Assembly (NCBI GenBank): GCA_030867685.1
Contig: JAQOWU010000008.1
Location: 3,596,001-3,660,000 of the forward strand
Length of the DNA stretch: 64,000 nt
Reading direction: 5' to 3'
Source: Wickerhamiella versatilis
Taxonomy: Eukaryota
Every line of letters begins with the position of its first letter. Position 1 is the stretch's first letter. The position numbers and the translations under genes were made by a program. The notes beneath the pieces were generated by a model. The model saw only the letters and a program-made list of their open reading frames with translations, searched no databases and was not told where the DNA came from. Positions 31,540 through 43,716 of the stretch are shown here, one piece after another.

Positions 31540-33558
31540 ATGTCAGAATTAGTCTCCTGTATACCACCATTACTCATCTCCTTATTCATCGATACTAACC
31601 CGCTTCGTCCGGCCCATAAAGCAATGCACAACGCCATGCCTGACCAGCATCTCGCTACGGGATATGCTGGCAATTATGGCTATCAGGATTGGCCACCTTT
31701 GGGGTATCATCCTGCTTATACCCATAGTATGGGACCTACACCTATGACAATGATTCCACCTGTTGACGAAAGTGGTCGTCCAAATAGCATGGCATCACCC
31801 CAGCAGCCAATTGGTGCGCAAGTACGCACTAGGCCTGCATTACGAACTCTACGAAGCCATCAGCATCATTTGTCTATGCCCTTGACACCACCGGTTCCAC
31901 TATCTCCTCAACACCCGCATCCAGCTTATGGGGGACCGGGGCCCGCTTTGTCCGATGCCGCTGGTTCAGAGCCTCCGGTGATAAGGCGATTTGTATCGAG
32001 GAATCAGTTGATGCCGGTGAAAGTTGTGCATCCTAAAAGTAGAAGAGCTCTTCCTGATGGTGGCTTTATGTCTCCATTAGTGGCGCTGACCACAAATTTG
32101 GCATCCACTTATCATATTTGTGATCCAGGGTTTGATTATCAGTTATCTCATAATCCTCGACGGATTTTGACCGAACCGCATGAGCCGAAACTAAATGGAG
32201 GTTATGATAATGTTGAAAGTGATTTTATCCTGCATGTAAACGACATCTTGGGAACCGATGAAAATCGCCGGTATCTGGTGTTAAATGTATTGGGCAAAGG
32301 TACATTCGGCCAGGTGGTGAAATGTCAAAATATGGTTACAAAAGAAGTTGTCGCCGTGAAAGTCATAAAAAACAAGCCTGCCTACCTAAACCAGAGCATG
32401 ATGGAGGTTTCCATCCTTGAGCACATCCAACAGCATGTTGATTTGCATGACGAGCATAACCTATTACGTCTCAAGGATAAGTTTGTTCACAAAGAACACC
32501 TTTGTCTAGTGTTTGAGCTGCTAAGTTTAAACCTTTACGAATTTATCAAGAAAAATCAGTTTCGTGGGCTTGAAATTGGACTGGTGCGAATTTTTGCGGC
32601 ACAACTTCTCGACTCATTGAAAACGCTGAAGAATGCGCGTCTTATACACTGTGATCTCAAGCCGGAAAACATTTTGTTAAAGCACAACGGAGCCACAACG
32701 ATAAAAATCATCGACTTTGGTAGTGCTTGTCATGAGCGCCAAACAGTTTATACATATATTCAGTCACGCTTTTATCGGAGCCCTGAGGTTATACTTGGCC
32801 TTCCATACACTAGCACGATAGATATGTGGTCATTTGGATGCATTGTGGCAGAGTTATTCTTGGGCTTGCCGATATTCCCAGGAACTTCAGAGTACAATCA
32901 GTGGTCCAGAATTGTCGACAGTCTCGGATACCCCCCAGAGTGGATGATGGAAATGGGTAAAAATACGGCTAACTTTATGAAGAAGGTTTACCTGCCTGAC
33001 GGACGTAGCCGATGGGTAGTGCGACCTCTGGATGAGCAAAACAGACAATTTGGAAAGAATGAGAAGCCAAGCAAACAATATTTCAACTCAACCGACCTGC
33101 GCGAGGTTATTATGTCCTATCCTCTACTTAGACCCAACATGACGAAGTCGGATATTCAGATTGAGATGGCGGCTCGTGAGTCACTCGCTGATTTTGTGCG
33201 TGGATGCCTTATTTTGAACCATTTTGAGCGTTGGACACCAACGCAAGCTGCGATGCATCCCTTTATCACAGGTCAGCCTTGGACTGGGCCGTTCATTCCA
33301 ATTGACTCGGGAATCTTGCAACAAGGAATTACTGATCCCTCGTGGCGTGCACCGCCGAACTCGACAGCAGTATATGCAACACAACAACCAATACAAACTC
33401 GTCGGGGACGATCAGCCACAATTGGCCAACCCATGGGGGCCGTTCCTGTGCCAGGTCCTTTACAACGTGCCGCAGAGCGCGTCGATCCCTCTGAGGCAAT
33501 ACATTTACAAGCTAGTCCAGCCTACATTCCCCCTCCTGAACTTTACCGTCAGGTTTAG
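31540..33558 (+). CDS. YAK1: DYRK-family kinase Yak1
   Basis: LGKGTFGQVVKC, HCDLKPEN, DFGSAC, TVYTYIQSRFYRSPE. True start may be a downstream ATG such as 31624. Confidence 0.92.
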   Translation: MSELVSCIPPLLISLFIDTNPLRPAHKAMHNAMPDQHLATGYAGNYGYQDWPPLGYHPAYTHSMGPTPMTMIPPVDESGRPNSMASPQQPIGAQVRTRPALRTLRSHQHHLSMPLTPPVPLSPQHPHPAYGGPGPALSDAAGSEPPVIRRFVSRNQLMPVKVVHPKSRRALPDGGFMSPLVALTTNLASTYHICDPGFDYQLSHNPRRILTEPHEPKLNGGYDNVESDFILHVNDILGTDENRRYLVLNVLGKGTFGQVVKCQNMVTKEVVAVKVIKNKPAYLNQSMMEVSILEHIQQHVDLHDEHNLLRLKDKFVHKEHLCLVFELLSLNLYEFIKKNQFRGLEIGLVRIFAAQLLDSLKTLKNARLIHCDLKPENILLKHNGATTIKIIDFGSACHERQTVYTYIQSRFYRSPEVILGLPYTSTIDMWSFGCIVAELFLGLPIFPGTSEYNQWSRIVDSLGYPPEWMMEMGKNTANFMKKVYLPDGRSRWVVRPLDEQNRQFGKNEKPSKQYFNSTDLREVIMSYPLLRPNMTKSDIQIEMAARESLADFVRGCLILNHFERWTPTQAAMHPFITGQPWTGPFIPIDSGILQQGITDPSWRAPPNSTAVYATQQPIQTRRGRSATIGQPMGAVPVPGPLQRAAERVDPSEAIHLQASPAYIPPPELYRQV

Positions 33559-33633
33559 TATATTTATATGGTCATAGATATGATAAATGCAGCACTTTGA
33601 AGTCGACAAGTTAAATTTTACTCAGCGACATTC

Positions 33634-34227
33634 ATGCCCGATATATTGTATGCGGCATTCGTAAAAAACGGGCAGATATTAGCAGAGGCTAAGTCCAGTG
33701 AAGCACGTGATGGTGATTTGAATAGCATTGCAACGGCTATAGCACTGCAGGCTAAACCTAACGAGAAGTTGACAGTAACAGTTAGTGGGCTCGCTGGCCA
33801 CTATGTGGTGAACTCAGATGGATTGGTTATACTGGCGATCACTGGTCTTGACTGCCCCAAACGCATTCCACTCTGGTTTTTGAAGAATATCGAGGAGAGT
33901 CTCCCCTTCGATGACTGGTCAAGTTTACTTAAATCTAAACTGGAAGAGTCGCAAACCCGCCGAGACACCCTGTATCTGGCCCAATCAGAAATTGACCAGG
34001 TTAAAAATGTAATGTTTGACAACATTGACCGACTTCTAGAACGTGGAGAGCGCGCTAGTTTACTAGTCGACAGAACGTCGGAGATGAGTGCAAACGCAGC
34101 TGGATTTCGTTGGCAGGCGACTCAAGTGCAACGTAAATTCTGGTGGCAAAATATCAAGTTCAAAGTTTTCGTTTTCCTATGTGTTGTGGTTGTAATCTGC
34201 CTAATTTATCTATTTTTTTCTCGTTAA
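33634..34227 (+). CDS. Longin R-SNARE (VAMP7/Nyv1-like)
   Basis: Longin N-terminus, VKNVMFDNIDRLLERGER synaptobrevin motif, RKFWWQNIK followed by a TM anchor. Confidence 0.88.
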   Translation: MPDILYAAFVKNGQILAEAKSSEARDGDLNSIATAIALQAKPNEKLTVTVSGLAGHYVVNSDGLVILAITGLDCPKRIPLWFLKNIEESLPFDDWSSLLKSKLEESQTRRDTLYLAQSEIDQVKNVMFDNIDRLLERGERASLLVDRTSEMSANAAGFRWQATQVQRKFWWQNIKFKVFVFLCVVVVICLIYLFFSR

Positions 34228-34302
34228 TATCTAGACCACATAAATTGTTGATCCCTTCTCTCCTTGTGTTGACTAAGGTAATCTGCACGTTAAGCTCTCG
34301 TG

Positions 34303-35382
34303 ATGGTGCTACTAGAGCAGGCGAAGCTTCTAGGGCTCATTATCGTGGTTTTGGCAGAAATAGCAGTAACAGTGGCATATTTGAATCACTTGGTGCGGTT
34401 TCAATCAGGAGTTGACAATGATGAAACGCTTCGTGGAGTATGGTCTAAGGCAGATCAAATAATCTATCAACCAGCTTCGTTCCCGCTGGTTATTTCTCTG
34501 CTTACTGGCATAGGCTTTAACATTCTTGTCCAAGAACTCGTATTCTGCTTTCTGCATATTTTCGATTTGGTCACATTTCCCACACCGACAGCAAGCTTTT
34601 GGATTATCTTGATAGCTAGCGCTTTTGGGTCAGCTGTCGCAGCGGTGGTTTACAGTATAAATCACGGAAATCACGAAATTGTACAGCTTCTAGGGACGCT
34701 GGCGTCCTTTTTGGCACTAACTGTGTTACAGCTGTTTGGCGAACCATGGCTTCACGATACGTCTTATCCTGTCGGTGTGGTTCTCGCCGTTTGGCTTGTA
34801 GCCGTGGCTGTAGTAACTATTGGTACTGCTATTGCCCTTAGGAGGCGCATCGTTCCTCATCCTGTCGCACCTCTTTCCAGTGGGCCTATCCCCTTCACGA
34901 TTATCGGCATAGCTACCGTGTTACTATCAATTTTACGCGTTGAGGATGTATGGCTCACACTTTGGTCTTCCTCTTACCGCAACTACATGGCTGGTGCGCT
35001 TCAAGAGTTCCTGAAGTTGATGGTATTGATTAATTGTGCTTTCGTGGCAATCCTAGCAACAAACCGTAGCATCTTGTCAGGGACTTATCACTGGCAGTGG
35101 CGATCAATTGCTATTCCAACTATCCCAATGGTGGTGGTAGAACTTGTTGTCACGGTAGTTTTATATCGTCATCATAAGGATGCTGGTGATGCCCCGCCCC
35201 GGGTCCTTGTACTTGTCGCTGGCTACTTCTATCGTGTATTTATGTATGCTGCGTCTGGTTTCCTAGGTGCTGCTGCATATTTAGCAGCCCTTTCTCGAAT
35301 TGCAGCCTCAGCACTAGCTCCTGGTGGTGAAGGTGAGCCTGAACTTATTTTAGACGAAGATGATTCTGAATATGAGGTCTGA
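34303..35382 (+). CDS. Polytopic membrane protein, divergent TM9/EMP70 (nonaspanin)-like, copy 1
   Basis: About nine hydrophobic segments and GTYHWQWRS motif; paralogous to the next gene. Confidence 0.6.
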   Translation: MVLLEQAKLLGLIIVVLAEIAVTVAYLNHLVRFQSGVDNDETLRGVWSKADQIIYQPASFPLVISLLTGIGFNILVQELVFCFLHIFDLVTFPTPTASFWIILIASAFGSAVAAVVYSINHGNHEIVQLLGTLASFLALTVLQLFGEPWLHDTSYPVGVVLAVWLVAVAVVTIGTAIALRRRIVPHPVAPLSSGPIPFTIIGIATVLLSILRVEDVWLTLWSSSYRNYMAGALQEFLKLMVLINCAFVAILATNRSILSGTYHWQWRSIAIPTIPMVVVELVVTVVLYRHHKDAGDAPPRVLVLVAGYFYRVFMYAASGFLGAAAYLAALSRIAASALAPGGEGEPELILDEDDSEYEV

Positions 35383-35541
35383 ACAAGAAAAAAAAATAAT
35401 ACTGCATAGTCATTTTTAAATATAGTAGTAAACATATTGCTGTTGATGGCGTAAATGGTTTTGGATAAGGACAAGTGTACCTCTTATTTTTTGCCGAGCC
35501 TCATTACAAACCTTGTCACACTTAGCCCGCCCACATTAGCC

Positions 35542-36660
35542 ATGAGTGATGAGCTTGAGACTACCCCCAGCAATTTGTGGTGTGGTTTGGCTATCACGGT
35601 AGAATTAATCGCAATTATTTCCCTGGTTGCTGTCACAAAGTACACTGTGCAACACCGGTCGGGGTTGAATGAGCCGGACAAGCTTCATAGGATATGGGCC
35701 CGAGCCCCAGAAATTCGCTACCAACCCGTTGTGCATTGTCTTTGCTTCTCTGTGGCCGTGAGTTTTGGGGCACAGACAGTGATTTTCTCTCTGAGCGCTG
35801 CTCTCTTGAACTTGCTTGGACTCTCCGCTCACCGATCATGGCTTTTGGCCTCCATATTGATGGTTTTAAGTACGGGATTTAGTGCCGCCATAGCAATATT
35901 TGTGTACCGTGCTACAGGTGGCGATGACTGGCGTCGGTGCTTTGCAGCCACCTACGGCTTCAACGTCTTGATGTATTTCTTGCTAGCGATCACCAGGGGA
36001 TTGCTCTCGATGCTCTTCAGTAGCAGATTTTTCATTACTGTACTAGCATTCTTGCTGCCTCCGCTAATAGTGCTGGGCATACAGTCGCTATTCGCTTTCT
36101 GGGCCATGAATCGTAAAATGCCATCGGCCGCCAGGCTCATATACAACAGTGACGTGGTTCCTAATTGGGTGAAGCTCGATCGCACAATAGCTGTTGCAGC
36201 AGTTCCATTGGGATTTTTCCATGTTCTTGGCCTCGTAATTCAAAGAAGCCTTGGCCAGGGCACCACTTATCTTTCGCGTGTGGCAGACTCTTTATCGGTG
36301 TTGATGCTTCTCGCCGTCTCTGCATTGGTGTCCATAATCAGTGTAAACCGTGCATTGCTATCAAATGAATTCCAATGGCAGTGGAGGGCGTTCTTGACCC
36401 CTGCGGTTCCACTTGGTATATTTGATGTCATCATCATGATTATCAGGTTGATATTCGGCAACTATTCCTTTGGGCATTTACTGTACCAAGCACCACATCT
36501 CTTTATCAGCTACGGGTCATGCGGTGTTCTTGGTGCTTATGTCTATTTGAATCTTGCCGAGCGTTACGCACGAGCAAACCTAGATTCTGATGATATTGCC
36601 CAATCCGATATCTTGGCTGAATTTGATGCTGATGAAGATAATGAAGAATTAGAGGTATGA
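35542..36660 (+). CDS. Polytopic membrane protein, divergent TM9/EMP70-like, copy 2
   Basis: Hydrophobic segments and NEFQWQWRAFLTPA motif. Likely start MSDEL at 35542 (ORF open from 35455). Confidence 0.6.
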   Translation: MSDELETTPSNLWCGLAITVELIAIISLVAVTKYTVQHRSGLNEPDKLHRIWARAPEIRYQPVVHCLCFSVAVSFGAQTVIFSLSAALLNLLGLSAHRSWLLASILMVLSTGFSAAIAIFVYRATGGDDWRRCFAATYGFNVLMYFLLAITRGLLSMLFSSRFFITVLAFLLPPLIVLGIQSLFAFWAMNRKMPSAARLIYNSDVVPNWVKLDRTIAVAAVPLGFFHVLGLVIQRSLGQGTTYLSRVADSLSVLMLLAVSALVSIISVNRALLSNEFQWQWRAFLTPAVPLGIFDVIIMIIRLIFGNYSFGHLLYQAPHLFISYGSCGVLGAYVYLNLAERYARANLDSDDIAQSDILAEFDADEDNEELEV

Positions 36661-36748
36661 TAAAATGTATTTACATCTAGAAATACCACCTTTTTTGGTT
36701 TAGCTACTAGGCTTCTAAAATTCTGATTACTCATATAACTTGTCAATC

Positions 36749-37369
36749 ATGAGGCCGTCAAAAGTTGGCGTAGTCGTCTCGCAGGGAAAGATGGACAAGA
36801 CCGTCAAGGTACGCTTTCGGAATGTAAACTGGAATAAGACTGTGTCAAAATATATTGTCTCGCATCGAAATATGCTCATTCACGATGAAATGAATAAATG
36901 TCGTGAAGGCGACGTTGTCCGCTGCCAATATGTGAGGCCTCTTAGCGCTCGTAAGTCTTGGGCCGTCGCTGAATTCATAAAGCTGAAGGGTACCTCGTGG
37001 GAGAAATACTCGCGTGAGATCCCTCACGAAGTTGAGATTAATGAATTGGAAAAATTACAAAAATTCAACAATGAGCGAAAAAGTCGCGCTGAGCTTGGAG
37101 GTGATGATCCAGACGTCTGGAACTTAAGACATGGTAAGGCGGCCAATCCAGTTTCTCTCGATCTGACGGCCATGAGGGATGAAGTTAATGATCTTTGGTC
37201 GGCGGCATTTTGGTCGTCTGAAGCAAAAAGACTTCTAGAGGATGAACCAGAAAAAGCAAACGAAATCATAAGAGTTGCAGGCCGTAGTCCTGAAGGAATG
37301 AAGAAAGGTATCAAGAGGAATATCATTCTCAAGCAACTCCAGAAAACTTCGCCAGTATCCGCACAATGA
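36749..37369 (+). CDS. MRPS17: Mitochondrial ribosomal protein uS17m
   Basis: GVVVSQGKMDKTVKVR...HDEMNKCREGDVVR...RPLSARK. Confidence 0.9.
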   Translation: MRPSKVGVVVSQGKMDKTVKVRFRNVNWNKTVSKYIVSHRNMLIHDEMNKCREGDVVRCQYVRPLSARKSWAVAEFIKLKGTSWEKYSREIPHEVEINELEKLQKFNNERKSRAELGGDDPDVWNLRHGKAANPVSLDLTAMRDEVNDLWSAAFWSSEAKRLLEDEPEKANEIIRVAGRSPEGMKKGIKRNIILKQLQKTSPVSAQ

Positions 37370-37532
37370 TGTATATAGTATTAGAATTGTTTGTTCCTGT
37401 TTTTCAATAATAGCAGGAATGTTGCTTTATAGCTGCTAAAAAAATTACGAATATAAAATCTTTGTTTCTCTATGATAACAAGTAAAACATTCTGGTCCTG
37501 GGGCTTCAGCCTGGCTGACTTAATAACTACCT

Positions 37533-39602
37533 ATGTCCGCGTGGGCTGGCCCCGAGGACTTTGATACAGATTCCATTCTTGCTTCTGCCGATCCAGATGA
37601 GGTTAAGAAGCAAAAGCTGGAAAGTATTTTTTTGGATGCTGCATCAACGGGTGACGAAAACGTCGTACATGATATAGTGGAGATTGCGGCAGAAAATCAA
37701 AGTATCGGTGTGGACATTAATGTACTAGATGCTGCTGAGTGTAGTGCTTTACTCACCGCTGCAACCTATGGGTATGAGCCTATCGCTGCAGAGCTTCTTC
37801 GTGCAGGTGCCGATTGCAATAAGGCTGATCCAAAAGGGTGGACACCGCTGATGTGGGCAGTCTATGGCCAACACTTAGATATTGTGAAACTGTTGTTATC
37901 TAACGGTGCAGATATAAATGCCAAGAATGATGAAGGTACGGAAGCGCCAGAAATGGCGCCAGAGGGTAGCTTAGTTCATTATTATCTGGTAAGCGAGGGT
38001 TTAAAGACAGATTCGTCTACCAACGAATTCTATCATGGCGCTGCCATCGATGATGATGAAAACATTCCTTTCGCCCCAAGCCAAAGGCCTGATGGGGCTT
38101 CCGGTGGAGTGGATCTTGGTATCACAGACCTATCAATTGAGGATCAAGATGAAGGGATGCCGCCTATGGATGACTTTGATTGGGATACTTACCATCCATC
38201 TCAAGCATTTGCTCTAAATTATGAGGACGTTCCCAGGTTGTTAGATCATGTGGTGAGCAACATTAAACCCTCTCTCCGACGAGGCCAAGCTCCTTTGAGT
38301 GCTAATTGCATTTTTCTTGGTGCGCGGTACCTTCTTAACGAACACGGAGAAAATGAATTCTTTGCCTTGCTTGATCCACTAAGACGGCGGGTGGAATTAG
38401 CGTGTCAAAGTAACCCCAATGATCTTTCATATGTCACTTATTGGTTGGCAAACATACAGGTACTCCTGTACTATATCCGTCGCGATCGAACTACCAACCC
38501 AATTTCCAGTGGGGAGGAAAATCCGGCCTTGGAGGAGCTTTCTCGGAGTCTTATATTTGCAGTAACTCGGGCAGCTGAGGACCTTCTTACGCCTCATATT
38601 CGATCCTGTCTCCTAGAGTACACAAATATACCAGGTTTGTCAAACGTAGAACTTCGTGGTGACTGGCACTGGCGCCGGAAGAAAGATATAAACGAGCAGC
38701 AGGCTGCTTTGCAGACAATGCTTCCTCCCACCATGGAGCAGAAAATGCGACCGTCGCCCACTAAAATCACCCAAATACTTTCTTCCATTCTATTATTGTT
38801 GCAAATTTATGGTGTGCATCCCCTTGTGATCCTAGAGATTTATGGCCAGTTATTCTATTGGCTGGCTGCTATTGTGTTCAATGAGGTGGTTGACACGCCG
38901 CGATATCTGACGAGGACACGTGCCATCCAGGTGCGGTTGAATCTATCGGTCATTGAAGACTGGAGTCGGAATAATAACTTTCGACCCAGTGATGCTTCTT
39001 CACTGACTGGTAATACCTCGATCTATAAAAGCTTATCCGAAGTTTGCTCATCTCAAATTGCCCCACTGACCCAGCTCCTGCAGTGGCTTCAGACATTCAC
39101 AAGCTTTGGTGATGATTTCACAAACGTTGTAGCGACCCTTCAAGAACTCAAAAGTCTGAATCCAAAGCTACTTCTGAATGTATCGAAGCGCTACCGTCCA
39201 GACGTGCAGGAAACTCCTCTCAGCAAGGAGTATCGTGACTATCTCGGAGAGCTCTCCCGTCACTATGAGCAAACTCTATCTGAACAGTTCGAAAATGGTG
39301 AAAATGTTGATGATTCAATTGTATTAAAAACGTGTCCACCACAGTCAGTGAAGCAGGTTACCATGGATCCCACGAAATCGATGCCATTACGTTTGCCGAC
39401 CCTCAAGGAAGGTATAGATTTTTGGGGTGGGGGAATTGGTGGATCTCGGACGGAAGAGAAGCCATTGTATGTACCCTTTGTCCCCGGTGACGTTTGTGAT
39501 GCCCTCGATGCGGATCAGGCGAAACAAAAGCTAGAGCTGAGTGTTTCCCCTCCAGATAACTTACAAAAGACTATACTTGAGGATGAAGAGGATTATCGTT
39601 GA
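37533..39602 (+). CDS. Ankyrin-repeat plus DIL (dilute) domain protein
   Basis: KGWTPLMWA ankyrins; QLFYWL...LTRTRAIQVRLNLSVIEDW...QLLQWLQ DIL motif. Confidence 0.82.
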   Translation: MSAWAGPEDFDTDSILASADPDEVKKQKLESIFLDAASTGDENVVHDIVEIAAENQSIGVDINVLDAAECSALLTAATYGYEPIAAELLRAGADCNKADPKGWTPLMWAVYGQHLDIVKLLLSNGADINAKNDEGTEAPEMAPEGSLVHYYLVSEGLKTDSSTNEFYHGAAIDDDENIPFAPSQRPDGASGGVDLGITDLSIEDQDEGMPPMDDFDWDTYHPSQAFALNYEDVPRLLDHVVSNIKPSLRRGQAPLSANCIFLGARYLLNEHGENEFFALLDPLRRRVELACQSNPNDLSYVTYWLANIQVLLYYIRRDRTTNPISSGEENPALEELSRSLIFAVTRAAEDLLTPHIRSCLLEYTNIPGLSNVELRGDWHWRRKKDINEQQAALQTMLPPTMEQKMRPSPTKITQILSSILLLLQIYGVHPLVILEIYGQLFYWLAAIVFNEVVDTPRYLTRTRAIQVRLNLSVIEDWSRNNNFRPSDASSLTGNTSIYKSLSEVCSSQIAPLTQLLQWLQTFTSFGDDFTNVVATLQELKSLNPKLLLNVSKRYRPDVQETPLSKEYRDYLGELSRHYEQTLSEQFENGENVDDSIVLKTCPPQSVKQVTMDPTKSMPLRLPTLKEGIDFWGGGIGGSRTEEKPLYVPFVPGDVCDALDADQAKQKLELSVSPPDNLQKTILEDEEDYR

Positions 39603-39716
39603 TAAATAATAATTAAGACCGTAAATGTTAACCCAAGATTGAACCTCATCAGCCAGGAACCAGCTCTTTCAGCATATTAAGACCTTGGTAGTGTGTGATT
39701 ATGTAACGGTTTGCCT

Positions 39717-40202
39717 ATGGTCGCTGACGTCGACTATTCTCCGCCATATGCACCTTTCTTCGGGTTTGCAGGATGCGCCGCCTCTTTAATTTTCAGTGCT
39801 GCTGGTGCAGGTATTGGTACTGCTAAGAGTGGGATTGGTATAGCCGGAGTCGGCACGTTCAAGCCAGAAATTATCATGAAGTCTTTGATTCCAGTCATTA
39901 TGTCGGGTATCTTGGCCGTCTACGGCCTCGTGGTATCTGTGCTTATAGCTGGTGCTCTTGCACCTGATCAAAGCTATACGCTTTTCAATGGTTACATGCA
40001 TCTTGCCAGTGGTTTATGTGCAGGTCTTTCATCCCTGGCAGCAGGCTGGGCCATTGGAATTGTTGGCGATGATGGTGTTCGCAAGCTGATGTTGGAGCCC
40101 CGTCTTTTCGTTGGTATGGTACTGATTCTTATTTTCGCAGAAGTACTGGGACTCTATGGTATGATCATTTCCCTGATCCTCAATACTCGTGCCACTGGTT
40201 AG
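39717..40202 (+). CDS. VMA11: V-ATPase V0 proteolipid subunit c'
   Basis: [53 protein letters not shown]. Confidence 0.9.
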   Translation: MVADVDYSPPYAPFFGFAGCAASLIFSAAGAGIGTAKSGIGIAGVGTFKPEIIMKSLIPVIMSGILAVYGLVVSVLIAGALAPDQSYTLFNGYMHLASGLCAGLSSLAAGWAIGIVGDDGVRKLMLEPRLFVGMVLILIFAEVLGLYGMIISLILNTRATG

Positions 40203-40265
40203 CGGTAGTTAAAGCAAATATATAAGTGAAGGTTGTAAACTCTAATCCATATTTTATGCTGCATA

Positions 40266-41705
<1,440 letters not shown>

Positions 41706-41988
41706 TTACTGTGTGTTCTTGACTCTAGAATCATCCTATCTTGCCGCTTAACTCTTTAATTGTTTCAAATATGATATTTTACTTTGCTGGACACCGACGT
41801 CGAGTAGCCTAGACCGGACGGCACGAAGGCCCAAATCTTCGCATAGGAGTGACAATTCAGCTCTCAATGAAAGTGAAGACAGTTAAATTAAGCTAATAAA
41901 ATTCCTGATATACAGAAAGAGCAAGTAAACCAGTCGTCGTTTCACCTTAGTTTCTATCTTGGCGAAAGCTTATCAAGCACACAAGTAT

Positions 41989-43020
41989 ATGCTTTCAGAG
42001 CTTTGGGAGGCTCTGCTTCACTGTACATCTTGTGGTACACTTCCCGCATATACTGTGGGTGGACGGAAACTTGAGGTACTTAAAGTGCTTGGAGAGGGAG
42101 GTTTTGCCTTTGTTTACCTGGTGAAAGACCGGGACTCAGGCCGTCAGTATGCCTTGAAGAAGATTCGATGCCCTTTTGGTGCTGAAAGTGTCTCAAATGC
42201 AATGAGAGAGGTTGATGCTTCAAGAATCTTTAGCGACAGCCGTTCCGTGATTTCATTGGTAGATTTCGCTGTTCGACAAGAGGAGGATGGGTCGAAGTCA
42301 GTACTAATTCTCCTGCCGTTCTATCCTAATGGTTCATTACAAGACAAACTGACAGATGCAGCCATTGCCAATACTTACTTACCTGAGCGTGAGGTCGTTT
42401 CCACTGCGTTGCAGGTTGCAAAAGCCTTGAGAGTCATGCATAAACATCGCAGCGGATCTTCATCCCTCTCCGGCGAGAATGAATCTGAGGATGGGGAGAG
42501 TGAAGCATTGCTAGCCAATGGAAATGAGTCGGTTGTTTTAGGAGATCCCTTGCCTTACGCACACAGGGATCTCAAGCCAGCAAATGTGATGATTGATCGT
42601 GATTGCTCTTCTGTAGTTCTCATGGATCTGGGAAGCTGCTCACCCGCAAGAATTCACATAACAACGCGTCAGAAAGCGATAGAGCTTCAAGATTTAGCTG
42701 CTGAGCACTGTACTCTACCATATCGAGCACCTGAACTGCTTGATGTTCGAACAGGTAGCACTATTAATGAGAAGGTAGATATATGGAGCTATGGTTGTCT
42801 TCTTTACGCGTTAATGTATACTGTGAACCCATTCGAATATATGGAAATGAACCAGGGTGCAAATATGAGCTTAGCAATCGCTCAAGGCAAATTCGACTTC
42901 CCCAATGATCCAGAGTACAACGATGCATTGAAGGACCTAATTCGTTCATGTCTCAATGTTGATCCACAAGCAAGACCATCGGTCGACGAACTTATACACA
43001 GCCTAAATCAATTATTGTAA
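41989..43020 (+). CDS. ENV7: NAK/STK16-family Ser/Thr kinase
   Basis: GEGGFAFVYL, ALKKIRCPFG, HRDLKPAN, DLGS, AAEHCTLPYRAPEL, N-terminal Cys cluster. First ATG at 41989. Confidence 0.88.
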   Translation: MLSELWEALLHCTSCGTLPAYTVGGRKLEVLKVLGEGGFAFVYLVKDRDSGRQYALKKIRCPFGAESVSNAMREVDASRIFSDSRSVISLVDFAVRQEEDGSKSVLILLPFYPNGSLQDKLTDAAIANTYLPEREVVSTALQVAKALRVMHKHRSGSSSLSGENESEDGESEALLANGNESVVLGDPLPYAHRDLKPANVMIDRDCSSVVLMDLGSCSPARIHITTRQKAIELQDLAAEHCTLPYRAPELLDVRTGSTINEKVDIWSYGCLLYALMYTVNPFEYMEMNQGANMSLAIAQGKFDFPNDPEYNDALKDLIRSCLNVDPQARPSVDELIHSLNQLL

Positions 43021-43096
43021 TGCCGTACTTCAGGTGCATAAGCGGTCAGAAGTTTATAAGCACGAGTATAACGTGTAACATTATATCGCATCTGCG

Positions 43097-43633
43097 ATGT
43101 CTACGCAAAATAATTATACAGGCCAGAGTGGATGGAATGATCTAATGCCAGATGCTCTCCCTGTGCTTAAATCTCGCAACAGCCAAGATCAATCTGCCAG
43201 ACGACCTAAGCGCCTCCCATCCCAAAGTGCAGAACTCAGACCTCAAGTTTCGCGTACTTCTTCGGTAAGCTCCACTGCCTCTTCTATACCACCTCCACCG
43301 CCAAGAAGTAGACAACCGTCCACAGCTACTATTGAACAGAATCAACCTGCGCCAAAGGTCGTAGTCCCATCCGAGCAAGAAGTGTTGAAGAGCACAATGG
43401 AGGTTCTGGATCGTTGTAATTTGTCTCCTCAGGAAATTTCGCAATCCAAAACACGTCTTGCACGATTAGTGCCTGGACTCGCGACGATACATCTTAATGT
43501 TCTTCATCAGGCAGTAACTTCTCAAAACGCCGAATCGGCTAAGGCACTACTCGTGCAGCACAGCATGACCCATTCGGGCATTTCATCGTGGATAATCCCT
43601 ATACGCCGCGCTATTGAGGCTGGAGGTATGTAA
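43097..43633 (+). CDS. Uncharacterised Pro/Ser-rich protein with possible SRA1/Sec31-C-like domain
   Basis: SGWNDL N-terminal motif, PPPPP tract, helical C-terminus ending HSGISSWIIPIRRAI. Confidence 0.55.
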   Translation: MSTQNNYTGQSGWNDLMPDALPVLKSRNSQDQSARRPKRLPSQSAELRPQVSRTSSVSSTASSIPPPPPRSRQPSTATIEQNQPAPKVVVPSEQEVLKSTMEVLDRCNLSPQEISQSKTRLARLVPGLATIHLNVLHQAVTSQNAESAKALLVQHSMTHSGISSWIIPIRRAIEAGGM

Positions 43634-43716
43634 ATTAAATTTCTAATAGATTCAGACGTGTTTTTAAACTGGTCCGTTTACATTTCGATGACACATATTG
43701 TCACTCACCGGCCCAA

